This document shows, piece after piece, positions 1 through 10,038 of a stretch of DNA of 64,000 bases (positions are counted from its first letter, which is position 1; the number at the start of each line of letters is the position of its first letter). This DNA comes from Histomonas meleagridis 2922-C6/04-290x (lineage: Eukaryota; Protista; Parabasalia). Below the pieces are notes generated by a model, which was not told the DNA's origin, ran no database searches, and was given only the letters and a program-made list of their open reading frames with translations. Position numbers and translations under genes: made by a program. The DNA lies in NCBI GenBank assembly GCA_020184695.1, contig JAANOX010000052.1:193060-257059 (forward strand), read 5' to 3'.

Positions 1-1014
1 AAAATGATAAAAGTTCATAATTATCATGTAAAACACATTTTGCTCCTAATTCTTCTAAATTCTTAATTTCTTTTAACTTATTATCATAAAAATATTTAAA
101 GATATCATTTCGATGAAACTCTATTGCTGCTTCATATGCATCTTTAAATGTTGTGATTTTGTTCACATAAATGAATTATTTCTTCATTTCCACCTGCAAC
201 TGCATATTTACCTGTTTTATCTAATTTTGCTCCATTCATAAGTAAATATTTAAAACATTTAATTGAAGAAAAAAATGCTGCATAATCAATTAATGTAACA
301 TTTTTATGATTAATAAATGAATATCTTTCATAAAGTGATTTTGCAATTGTTTGATTAAAATCAAAATTTGTTTCTGATGATATTTCTTGAAGTTTTTCTA
401 TTTCATCATTCCGAATTATTTTCGCAATTTCATTCTGATTTATTCCTTCTTTAACATATTTCTGATGAAGTTCCCAATTATTCGCTTTAAGTTTTTCAAG
501 GTTTTTGGAGAAATATTCAGAAAATTGATAACGATGGTTTAAAACGAAATGTGCTTTAAAATGTGAAAAAAATAAATTTTTCATATTTTTAGTAATCGAT
601 GAGTTAATTAAACCTTTTTCTATCAACTTTCCGATAAGATAATTAGTTTCTTGTGAGTTATTTTTCTGATTTTTTTGATAAAAATTGTCAATTATTGAAA
701 CTTGATTTTTATTTACATCTCGTTCAATTAAATTCAAAATAAATGAAACGGCAGATGATCAAGTTGAATGAATACGTTCGTGAATTATCATAAAATTCGC
801 ATAATGAAGAAACAGATGTATCAAGATTGTTTGTATTTATGTTATAAATTATTTCTGTAAGTGCAATTAAGTCTGGAAAGGAATTTATCTTTGATGAACT
901 CATTCCAATACTATTAAATAACACTTGAAAAAATTTTAATGGACATGTGATATGAATTTTTATATAAGATTGTAATAAATAAAAACATAGAATGAACTTC
1001 ATGATGAAATCCAT
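1..1014 (-). pseudogene. DUF3447-type ankyrin-associated gene, N-terminal part, two frameshifts (~730 and ~145); continues beyond the window start
   Basis: ORFs 724-1014 and 144-737. EIAKIIRNDEIEKLQEISSETNFDFNQTI...TLIDYAAFFSSIKCFKYLLMNGA is near-identical to paralogs at 10389 and 54245. Bases 1-143 read AYEAAIEFHRNDIFKY in a shifted frame. Confidence 0.8.
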
Positions 1015-1278
1015 TCACATATTTAATTTTATTTGGAATACTTAAATTTGAATTAGGTTAATAGGTAATATATGCCCGAATGTGCATTCACATATCGAAA
1101 ATAACTTATATACGACAATTACATGAATATGCCATCAATATATTTGAATTTTTTTGAGTTTATTAATTTTTTCGATAGGTTTGAGAAGAATTTAATGTCA
1201 AGATTTTATATAATTAAATAAAATAAATGATATTTCATCATTGCCCAAATAATTTCTGAATTTTCAATTTATTAATAG

Positions 1279-1382
1279 ATCAAGATATTATTCTTAGTTT
1301 TTTATTAATCATAGATGCAACTATGTATTTATATATTATATATCCATAATATCAAGATCGTATGATAATCGCCATATACGAT
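1279..1382 (+). repeat. ~104 bp direct repeat, copy 1 (copy 2 at 2240-2341)
   Basis: Both copies share ATCAWGATATTATTCT...TATTAATCATAGATGC.ACTATGTAT...ATATCAAGATCGTA.GAT.ATCGC.ATATACGAT. Confidence 0.8.
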
Positions 1383-2239
1383 TATAATCCGATTTTAAGT
1401 TATTGATATCATTCTACATGTTCAAGCGTTTCGAAGTCAAATTTGAATGAGTGGACGTATAAAAATCACTCAATCAGCTCGTATCGTTCTCAAAACCGTG
1501 GTATTGAATCATATTCGGAAAAATAGAGAAATTAACAACATTACATAGAATGTCAAATAAATCGAAAAATGTAATATATTTGAAATTTGAAAGCACATAA
1601 GTAATATGAGATAAAAGGAATCGATAAATGCATCTCAAGTCAGTATTTTGAAGATAATGTGCAAATTACATTTGTATAGATATTCATTTAATAAAATTGA
1701 ACATTTTGCTAAAATACAAAAATTTAAAAAAAAAAAATCATCAAATGAATTCAATGATCAATAATCGTTTTTTCAGAAAAAAATGTATCGTTTGTACTAA
1801 GATATTTCAAGAATGTGTACTTACACAGAAACTATTCTATTGATCATAAATTATTAATCAAATTAGATAAGTACATCATTAAGGTATTACGGAAACTATC
1901 ACATCATTTATTTCTCCAATAAATTCATAAATAAAATAATTTCAAAAAAATTAAGATTTCATATAATCATTTGGAATTTATAACAAATCACGATTCTATG
2001 ATAAAATATCAATATTTTTATTTTTCAACAAACCAAGAATCATTTAATTTGGCTGTTGACAAATTACAATGATGTTTATAAATATCTTTTCGAGGAAAGG
2101 GTAAAATTTCGATAATATTTACCATCATTCAAATTCGCTTCTATCGTCACTTATCGTTGCTTTTATCGTTCGATGTAAACCATGTAAAAGTCGATTTTTA
2201 TCACTTTTTGGAATGAAAGAATAAATTTATCTCGTGCTA

Positions 2240-2341
2240 ATCATGATATTATTCTCAGATTTATATTAATCATAGATGCGACTATGTATACATATTATAT
2301 ATTTATGATATCAAGATCGTAGGATGATCGCTATATACGAT
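2240..2341 (+). repeat. ~104 bp direct repeat, copy 2
   Basis: Aligns by eye to 1279-1382. Confidence 0.8.
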
Positions 2342-2843
2342 GGGTGAAAATCGCAAGTCGAGTTTAATATATAGTATTAATTTATAGGATAATTCGAGAA
2401 CTATGTACAAAGAAGAAAAAGAATAACTTTTTGAATTCATTTTGCGGTTACAAATCCATCAAGATTCGTTCCCCCACGATTGAACTATACTCACAAAAAA
2501 GAATCACAAAATTAAACAGAAAATAAAAATGTTTTTACCATTTTTCCAACAATACTTTTATATACTGGTTTAGTTGTGGTTAATTGTACGTCCAGTCTTT
2601 GCTTAGATGACCGTTTGTGTATTGTATCTTACACAAATTTAAATGAAAAGTGACTAGATTCAAAGGAAATTTTAAAAAAATTATCCCATCCTCATAAAAA
2701 TTTGTCTACTGTTATCATATGTTAAAATCTGAAATGTATTAAATACATCACAAATAATTTTAAAATTAAAAATAAATCTATAAGAGGGAAAGTTGGTTGC
2801 TAGTGTCTTTATTATACTCATGTTTTATATAAAACGATGTCAA

Positions 2844-3082
2844 CCATTCAAAAATTAAACAATCAAAAAGCCTTTTTTATTGTTTGATGAGTGATAAATT
2901 CGAAAAAAATGTCAACCTCACATAGAAGACTTCTATGATAGAGTTATAAAAATAAAAAAAATCAAGAAACTCATCAAATAAAATGCGTTATGAATCTTCT
3001 ATGCGTAGAATGACCGTTAATTTACGTTGTTCAGTTTGGTCATTATGGCATAATTCAAAATTCACAATTTTTTTGACATATT
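2844..3082 (+). repeat. ~240 bp dispersed repeat; inverted partner at 9750-9990
   Basis: TAGAATGACCGTTAATTTACGTTGTTCAGTTTGGTCATTATGGCATAATT is present as an exact reverse complement in the 9750-9990 copy; homology spans the whole length with indels. Confidence 0.9.
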
Positions 3083-3106
3083 ATATTTAGCCGGTATCAT
3101 TTTTCC

Positions 3107-4351
3107 ATGCGAATTTCGGTCCAATGGGCTCGTGGTTGTCAGCACATTAATAACATCAATCTATCAGATAAAGTTACTACTTTAATCCAAGGGATTGCTA
3201 CCCAACTTAGACTTAATCCAAAAAACATCACATTATATTATGATCAACAATGCAAAAAGCGTATTCCTCAAGAAGGGAATGTCATGAATGCAAGATTACA
3301 AGATAAGCAAATTATTTTTCTTGATTACAAAGGAGCTCTTCCAGAAAGGCCAGTTGCTAAAATGACAACAGAAATTGATGCCTCTAAAAAGTATTTAGCT
3401 GAAGGTGAGGAGCCAACAAACGAAATGAAACGAATTGCTAAAGACTTTGGATCACGAGCTGTTAGTGTCAGTTTTATTGAACATAAAAATAATCTTAAGC
3501 CAAATATTGATTTCCAAGAAGAATCCAGCTGCTATGCTTTCAGAGTTTCTAGCGAGTGCATCAAAAGGTTCCAAACTATTGCGCTTCAAGAAAATTTCTC
3601 AACCCATAGAGTTATATTTTTATTTGGAAGAATTAATGAAATTACTGGAAAGGTTACAGCACATTGCTCTTGTGAGCCGCCACAAGTTAACAAGCCCGAC
3701 AGATTTGAAGTTGATGCCACATTTGATATTGATTCAGTTTGCCAAATTGCCAGCTACTTTGGAATGAAATGTGTTGGCATGGCCATATCCCACAAGCCAG
3801 ACGCGAAGTTTCCTATGCTTGAATACATGATTAAGCAGGCAGCACTTTATCAAAATAAATTTGGCGAATATTTCACTACTCTCATTGTCACACCCATTGG
3901 TCAGAATGACATTTCTGTTGAAGCCTTTCAAGTTAGTGATGCTGCTATGAAGCTTGACAAAGGTGATTATTTTGCAAATTCTGATAATCAGCATGTCGTT
4001 GTTTTTAAGGAGGAATTAACTGTTTGTGGATTCAAACGTAAGGAAGCTGACGTCAACCTTTTGCTATGTGCTGTCAGAGTCCGTCAAACACATTCTAAAT
4101 TCCCATCACATGAATTCCCATCACCACAACAAGAGCCAACTATTCTCGACCTTAAGCGTTATTTTGTTGATCATGAGTATTGTCCGAACTGGTATGCGTT
4201 ATTTGACTTCAATTTACTTGTCTTCCTTAAATTGAATGACATTTTAACATTGAAGAATATTCAGATAGTGGTAAATCATATTTTGGCAAAGACCGAAATA
4301 CCAAATGCTATAATGGACGTCATTAATAATGTGATTTCCGTTGTCGACTGA
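3107..4351 (+). CDS. NPL4: NPL4-family Cdc48/p97 cofactor (N-terminal ubiquitin-like domain plus MPN-like NPL4 domain)
   Basis: 414 aa. RVIFLFGR...CSCEPPQ matches the NPL4 RxGFLYG...IYEPPQ motif; also VGMAISH and VEAFQVSD. Confidence 0.75.
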   Translation: MRISVQWARGCQHINNINLSDKVTTLIQGIATQLRLNPKNITLYYDQQCKKRIPQEGNVMNARLQDKQIIFLDYKGALPERPVAKMTTEIDASKKYLAEGEEPTNEMKRIAKDFGSRAVSVSFIEHKNNLKPNIDFQEESSCYAFRVSSECIKRFQTIALQENFSTHRVIFLFGRINEITGKVTAHCSCEPPQVNKPDRFEVDATFDIDSVCQIASYFGMKCVGMAISHKPDAKFPMLEYMIKQAALYQNKFGEYFTTLIVTPIGQNDISVEAFQVSDAAMKLDKGDYFANSDNQHVVVFKEELTVCGFKRKEADVNLLLCAVRVRQTHSKFPSHEFPSPQQEPTILDLKRYFVDHEYCPNWYALFDFNLLVFLKLNDILTLKNIQIVVNHILAKTEIPNAIMDVINNVISVVD

Positions 4352-4520
4352 TGAATAAATCCTAAAAATGTTTTTTCGGTGTAATGAAATTTGAAAGGTT
4401 TACATAAATAAACACCGTTAATTGAAATTCAAAAAGTTTTTTAACACATCGAAAATTGAAAATATTTTAATCGAAAACCTCTTAAAACCGTCGAATCAAG
4501 AACAACTTTTTATTCACACA

Positions 4521-5081
4521 ATGACTTTTATTCAGGGAAAAGTTACTTTGGTTGGTGACGCAGGGGTTGGCAAGACAAGCTTAATCCATAGGTATTTAAA
4601 TGACTCGAATATGATAACTCCAACTCTAGGTGTTATGACATATAAAGCAACAGTAAAAGTTGAAGGAAAAGAAATTCCTCTGGAAATATGGGATACTGCC
4701 GGTCAAGAAAACTACCGTTGTCTTATCCCAATGTATGTTCGTGGATCTCAAGTAGTCATTATTCTTTTTGATCTTTCAAATGCAGAAAGTTTTAAAAGTG
4801 TTGATGGATGGCTTGAATACGTAAATAGCAATGGTACAGTCGATGACATATTTCTAGTTGGAAACAAATGTGACATCGAAAGGAAAGTTACAGGAATTGA
4901 AGCTCTAACATATGCAGAAACGCATAACCTCAAATACATTGAGGCATCTGCTAGCACAGGACAAAATGTTGATATGATATTTTCAGAAGTAGCAAATGAT
5001 GTCGGGAATTTACGAGTTTTAAAGACAACACCAATTCCAAATCCCCTTACTCAGAACACAGAACGTTCGTCATGCTGTTAA
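4521..5081 (+). CDS. Rab family small GTPase
   Basis: GDAGVGKTS, WDTAGQE, GNKCD, EASA and C-terminal CC prenylation motif. ATG at 4521 follows an Inr-like TTCACA. Confidence 0.93.
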   Translation: MTFIQGKVTLVGDAGVGKTSLIHRYLNDSNMITPTLGVMTYKATVKVEGKEIPLEIWDTAGQENYRCLIPMYVRGSQVVIILFDLSNAESFKSVDGWLEYVNSNGTVDDIFLVGNKCDIERKVTGIEALTYAETHNLKYIEASASTGQNVDMIFSEVANDVGNLRVLKTTPIPNPLTQNTERSSCC

Positions 5082-5552
5082 ATATTTTTGTTACTGTAAA
5101 GCAAAAAACATTGTTTATTATCCTTAATCACATTTTCAATGTATATCTTTTTGTTGAATTACTCTTTAGTTAATTTAATTTATTTATTAGATTAATAAAT
5201 GTATTTATAGATTATTGGCAATAAATGAGTATATATTGAAGTAAAAAAACAAACCCGAAAATTAAAATGTTTTTATCGTGAAAGAAATCATCATGCAGGT
5301 ATAGTCTAAATTTTAAAAGGTGTTATATCATTAAAACAATACTTTTGGACTGTTTCCATTTGGAACTTTTCTGTGTAAATTGAATAGTTTATTAATGTAA
5401 TCCGCCTCAATGATAAATGGAATTAAGGAAGTGAATGCAAATTATTATGTTAGTAAGGATCTTAAAAATTCCATGAGCATCATCTAAACAGTCAAATTAT
5501 ATAAAAAACAAATCCATTTATATATAAATTTTATTATAACATAATAAATATT

Positions 5553-8500
5553 TCAACCAAAAACATTTTGTATTTCATCTTCTGTCAAATACTGCATTAA
5601 GAATGCAATTGCGTCATCTTCGAACAAACAAATATCATTTATTGAAGCTGAAGGCGAAATGCCGTAAAAGATCAAAAACTTTTTTAATTCCTTACATTTA
5701 TTTAGCATATCAATTCTTTCTCTTACTGAATTACATCTCAAGAACTGCAAAATTTCGTTTATATAATTATCCCAAATCAAATCTTTTTTATATTTTTTTA
5801 TTATATTTTTCTGATTTTTCAATACAAATTTTCCGATTTTTATATTTTCATTAAACTTTAACATTAATCTCAAATTTTTCACATTCATTTTCACATAATT
5901 TTCATTATTATTTCTTTTTTTCACCCAAATAATTGGTCTAATTCCTTCATTTTTATATGGAAAAGGGCTCAAATTTATAACGAAATATTTGGAATCATTA
6001 ACTTCAACAGAATTTATATCAATTAAAGGAGGTAAAACGTGCGGAGTATTGACAAAGAATTCATTTTCATCATTTAAGATGATTCTCAAAGGCAATTTAA
6101 CACATTTATTATCCGAAACATTTCTAATCTCAATTACTCTTGGAATCACAGTTAATACAATTAAATGTCTCAAAGATTGAAGATAAAAAGAGTTATCATT
6201 AAAAGATCGTGTAATTCTAGGGTATAATGCAATGATTAAACAAGCGATATTAAAGTTATTATCATTATTAATAGTATATTTACCTTTCCCTAAATTCAAA
6301 ATACCGATAGACATACCTAATAATGTATGAAACCCATAAATACATTGAGTTAAATTCGTAGATATTTGACGGCGTCGAATGTAACGGATTAAACGTAATA
6401 ACTCTAAATGACATGTTCCTGCGATTATTAATGAACATGAAATTACACATAATGATAAACATTTTTCGCGATGAATGATCGAACATGACGAAAAATCAAA
6501 TGGCGATTTTTCTAATAGACTTAAACATTTGATTATTATTAATATCCGTTCGTAAGCTTTAATGTTCATTGTACCTGCGAATTTAATACCTATAGCTAAT
6601 GAGAATCCAGTAATCATAGATGTTAATGCCTCTACATTTAAATCATTTGGTATATTAAAATTTAATATATTTAATGAATCAGAATCTATTAATAATGAAC
6701 TCATGGTACGTAATAATATTATATCAGTGTTCATATTATTAATATATTGTGAATCATTTGGTAATTTTAATATGTTTTGAATATATTCATTATTAGTATT
6801 TAAATAACTTAATGTTAATAATAATATTATCGATGGTATAAATGAATAAAAGTCTATACTTCCAAATGATACTGTTTTATCATTAGAAAAATTAAAGGAT
6901 TTGTTCTCAAATAATATTCCGCATATTTTTTCTCGGTTCTCTTTAAGGACATTCGAATTATCTCCTTCGCCTAAACTGACTAAACCTATAGCTATTCCAA
7001 TCGATAATGTTAATAATGGACTTTCAAATGTTAAATTGGATTCAAGCATTCGTATTAATCCTTCCGTAATATTTCGTTGACAAGTTGATTGATATAAAAA
7101 TCCAATTCCGATAACTGATGATGATTTAATGATTTGATTAAATTGATTTTCTTCAGTTAGAAATCGATTTTGTAATTCTGGTACATATAATGTTAATATA
7201 TTTGATATCGACATATCTTTAGTACTACGATATGTTATACCTAAACTGATTAATATCGATGATAAATTTAATGGTTTTAAATCATTAATAGTGATTAATT
7301 GATAATAATCTGTTTTATATAATTGCTTTAATAAGCCTGTTAATCCAAACCCAAATATTAATCCTGATATAAATGATTTGTTATCTTCTTTGGTGATGGA
7401 ATTAATAATCCATGATCGATCAACATTCTTTATAAATATCGAATATGAAACACCATTATGGAATTCGGGCCATTGTATCATTTCTGGTGAAAAATATTCT
7501 TCATTCGGTGTAAGTTTAATCCCATCATTAGTAAACCCGTATTTATTCAGTTGGAAATAATCAATGGATTGTGAATCAAATGGTTGAAATGTTTTATAGT
7601 TAAAAAATCCTCGTCCAATAGATAACGACCATTGTTTCTCAAGTAAACTTTTAAGACGATCCATTAGCATTGCTTGATATTCAATATCATCAATATTATT
7701 CGGGCGCTCAACTTCGACTGTTAATGATATATTCGATTGTAATAATCTTTCAACCTCCAAAAAGCGTAAGTCAGACATTTCATAGTTATTATTATTATCG
7801 TTTTCATTCTCAAGACTTGGATTGATTAGATATTCATGAAGCCTTGCAATATCATCACGACCTATAAGTTTATAAGCTTCAATTGGCCATGTTAAAGGTG
7901 GCGATTCAGACACAGTTTCAAAAGCAATTTTTAAAACATTTGAAATCCCTGGCTGTAAACTATTCAATTCAAAAAGTGTAAGTTTTGAATGCCCTACCAA
8001 TTCAATTATATTCTGAAAATTGACAATTTTATGAAAATTTGAGAAAATTTGTGATAACTTTGATGTGTATTTAAATAATTGACTAAAGTCAATCATCGCA
8101 GCGCCTGTTAAACATTTACTAATCCAATACATTAAATCAGGGACATTATTAACAAAAGTACCAATTTCATAATCACTATTTAAATTAAAATTTTCAAGTT
8201 CTCTTTCCGAATTTAATATATAATAAAGGATAAATTGTGGTAAATTTACATGTGATGAAAGTTGTATTAATATTTTTGAAAGAAAATATATTTCACAACG
8301 TGTATTCTTTTGTACTCGATATTCTTCATATAAAAGATGTAAAATATTAATAAATTTCGTAATATTTTCTTCATTTTCATTTTCAATTAATATGTCTATA
8401 AAATGTGTCGAAAATGTTTCAATTGTCGAAAGTGAATCTGAATTAGAAAGTGATAACAAAATTGTTGAATAGGAATTCGGATCAAGTGCTAAATGCATTA

Positions 8501-9680
8501 CTTTAAGAATTGATATAATTAATGATTCAAAAGATATATCAAAATAAAAAGTTATTGGCTCTGAATCATTAAAAAAAATTATAAATTGTCTTCCAAATTT
8601 TTGAATATTGTCAACATTTGAAAATGGCAAATGAATAATTGGCTTCTCTTCTTCATAAAGAACTAAGGTACAGTCAGTATGTACAACAAAAAACATTAAA
8701 TCTTGATAGCGACAGATTTTTTCAACATTTTCAATGGTGAATAGAACGTTTTCCGATTCAAAATAACTGATGTCGAAAACCGTTAATTTGTGATCGTTAA
8801 GCAAAAGAAGAATTTTTTTACCATTTGATGAGATGTCAAGAAAAAAAGATTCATGGGTTGTGCTTTCAAACTCATAAACAAGTTCCATATGTAAGTCAGG
8901 TGGAATACCTTCAAGTGTGGATTTGATTTCTTTTCGTGCAGTTGGTGAATCTATTATATTTTTAGGAAGAGGTGGTGAAAATATGGATGGTGAACGAATA
9001 AAATATGGTGATGAAAAGAGAAGTTCTCTGCTTTGATTAGGTTCTGTTAATTTCCAGATAGTGATCGATTGTTCAGAAGATGCAAGAAGATATCCTCTCT
9101 CATCAGAAACTTGCAGTGGAACAAAGCTAAAATCTGTGATGTATGATAAATTTTTTTCGTCGTCATCAAACATATCATTAAAAGAAGATTTTTTGCTAGG
9201 AGAAGTAATAGTTGTGTATTTGGGAACAGAAACTGATACATCCGGAGGTTTAAAGGCAACAGGACGAATTTCTTCTAAAGGATGAAATAATGTAAATAAA
9301 ATTGGAAAATCCAAATACTGTGACATAGATGATTCAGGTGACCTAAGTAATAGAAGTGATTTGTGGAGTGGAAATATTTTTGCAATTTGAAATGGAAGAG
9401 GAATTAAAAATTGTTCTCCTGAAATATTAAATAAAATTAAGCCGCTCTTGTGAAGCACGGCCAAGAATTGGTCATTACCAATCACACATAAGGTTGCATC
9501 GATTACTTCGTTTGAAACTGTTAAATGATGAAGAAGACAGCGATGCTTTGACCATATCAATTGATTATTGAACCATAATAACTCAAAACCATCACTGTTA
9601 ACTTTGTAATGATGTTTGTGTGTTGGGTCTGGTAATTTATTGATTCCAAATGGGGAATAAGCCCCAACATTTCGAATCAT
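5553..9680 (-). CDS. APC1: Anaphase-promoting complex subunit 1
   Basis: 1375 aa. APC1 hallmark motifs: DLRFLEVERLLQS, WPEFHNGV, PC repeats, YGFHTLLGMSIGILNLGKG, ALYPR, FYLQSLRHL. Confidence 0.9.
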   Translation of the reverse strand: MIRNVGAYSPFGINKLPDPTHKHHYKVNSDGFELLWFNNQLIWSKHRCLLHHLTVSNEVIDATLCVIGNDQFLAVLHKSGLILFNISGEQFLIPLPFQIAKIFPLHKSLLLLRSPESSMSQYLDFPILFTLFHPLEEIRPVAFKPPDVSVSVPKYTTITSPSKKSSFNDMFDDDEKNLSYITDFSFVPLQVSDERGYLLASSEQSITIWKLTEPNQSRELLFSSPYFIRSPSIFSPPLPKNIIDSPTARKEIKSTLEGIPPDLHMELVYEFESTTHESFFLDISSNGKKILLLLNDHKLTVFDISYFESENVLFTIENVEKICRYQDLMFFVVHTDCTLVLYEEEKPIIHLPFSNVDNIQKFGRQFIIFFNDSEPITFYFDISFESLIISILKVMHLALDPNSYSTILLSLSNSDSLSTIETFSTHFIDILIENENEENITKFINILHLLYEEYRVQKNTRCEIYFLSKILIQLSSHVNLPQFILYYILNSERELENFNLNSDYEIGTFVNNVPDLMYWISKCLTGAAMIDFSQLFKYTSKLSQIFSNFHKIVNFQNIIELVGHSKLTLFELNSLQPGISNVLKIAFETVSESPPLTWPIEAYKLIGRDDIARLHEYLINPSLENENDNNNNYEMSDLRFLEVERLLQSNISLTVEVERPNNIDDIEYQAMLMDRLKSLLEKQWSLSIGRGFFNYKTFQPFDSQSIDYFQLNKYGFTNDGIKLTPNEEYFSPEMIQWPEFHNGVSYSIFIKNVDRSWIINSITKEDNKSFISGLIFGFGLTGLLKQLYKTDYYQLITINDLKPLNLSSILISLGITYRSTKDMSISNILTLYVPELQNRFLTEENQFNQIIKSSSVIGIGFLYQSTCQRNITEGLIRMLESNLTFESPLLTLSIGIAIGLVSLGEGDNSNVLKENREKICGILFENKSFNFSNDKTVSFGSIDFYSFIPSIILLLTLSYLNTNNEYIQNILKLPNDSQYINNMNTDIILLRTMSSLLIDSDSLNILNFNIPNDLNVEALTSMITGFSLAIGIKFAGTMNIKAYERILIIIKCLSLLEKSPFDFSSCSIIHREKCLSLCVISCSLIIAGTCHLELLRLIRYIRRRQISTNLTQCIYGFHTLLGMSIGILNLGKGKYTINNDNNFNIACLIIALYPRITRSFNDNSFYLQSLRHLIVLTVIPRVIEIRNVSDNKCVKLPLRIILNDENEFFVNTPHVLPPLIDINSVEVNDSKYFVINLSPFPYKNEGIRPIIWVKKRNNNENYVKMNVKNLRLMLKFNENIKIGKFVLKNQKNIIKKYKKDLIWDNYINEILQFLRCNSVRERIDMLNKCKELKKFLIFYGISPSASINDICLFEDDAIAFLMQYLTEDEIQNVFG

Positions 9681-9749
9681 TACCAGTTAAGGATCGAATT
9701 TTTAAACGGTCGCTGGTTTCGAAACATTGTTTTTAATGAAATATTTTTA

Positions 9750-9990
9750 AATATGTCAAAAAAAATTGTGAATTTTAAATTATGCCATAATGACCAAACT
9801 GAACAACGTAAATTAACGGTCATTCTATGAACAAAAGATTCACAATTATTTGATGGGTTTCTTGATTTTTTATTTTTAGAACTCTATCATAGAGGCCTTC
9901 TATGGGAGGTTGACATTTTTTTCCAATTTATTACTCATGTTTCATCAAACAATGAAGTAAAACTTTTTGATTGTTTATTTTTTGAATGGA
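9750..9990 (-). repeat. ~240 bp dispersed repeat, inverted copy of 2844-3082
   Basis: The reverse complement aligns over its full length with 2844-3082. Confidence 0.9.
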
Positions 9991-10038
9991 TGCCGTTTAC
10001 TTGCCCTTGTGAAGAATTGAACTGGTTCATTTTTCCAC

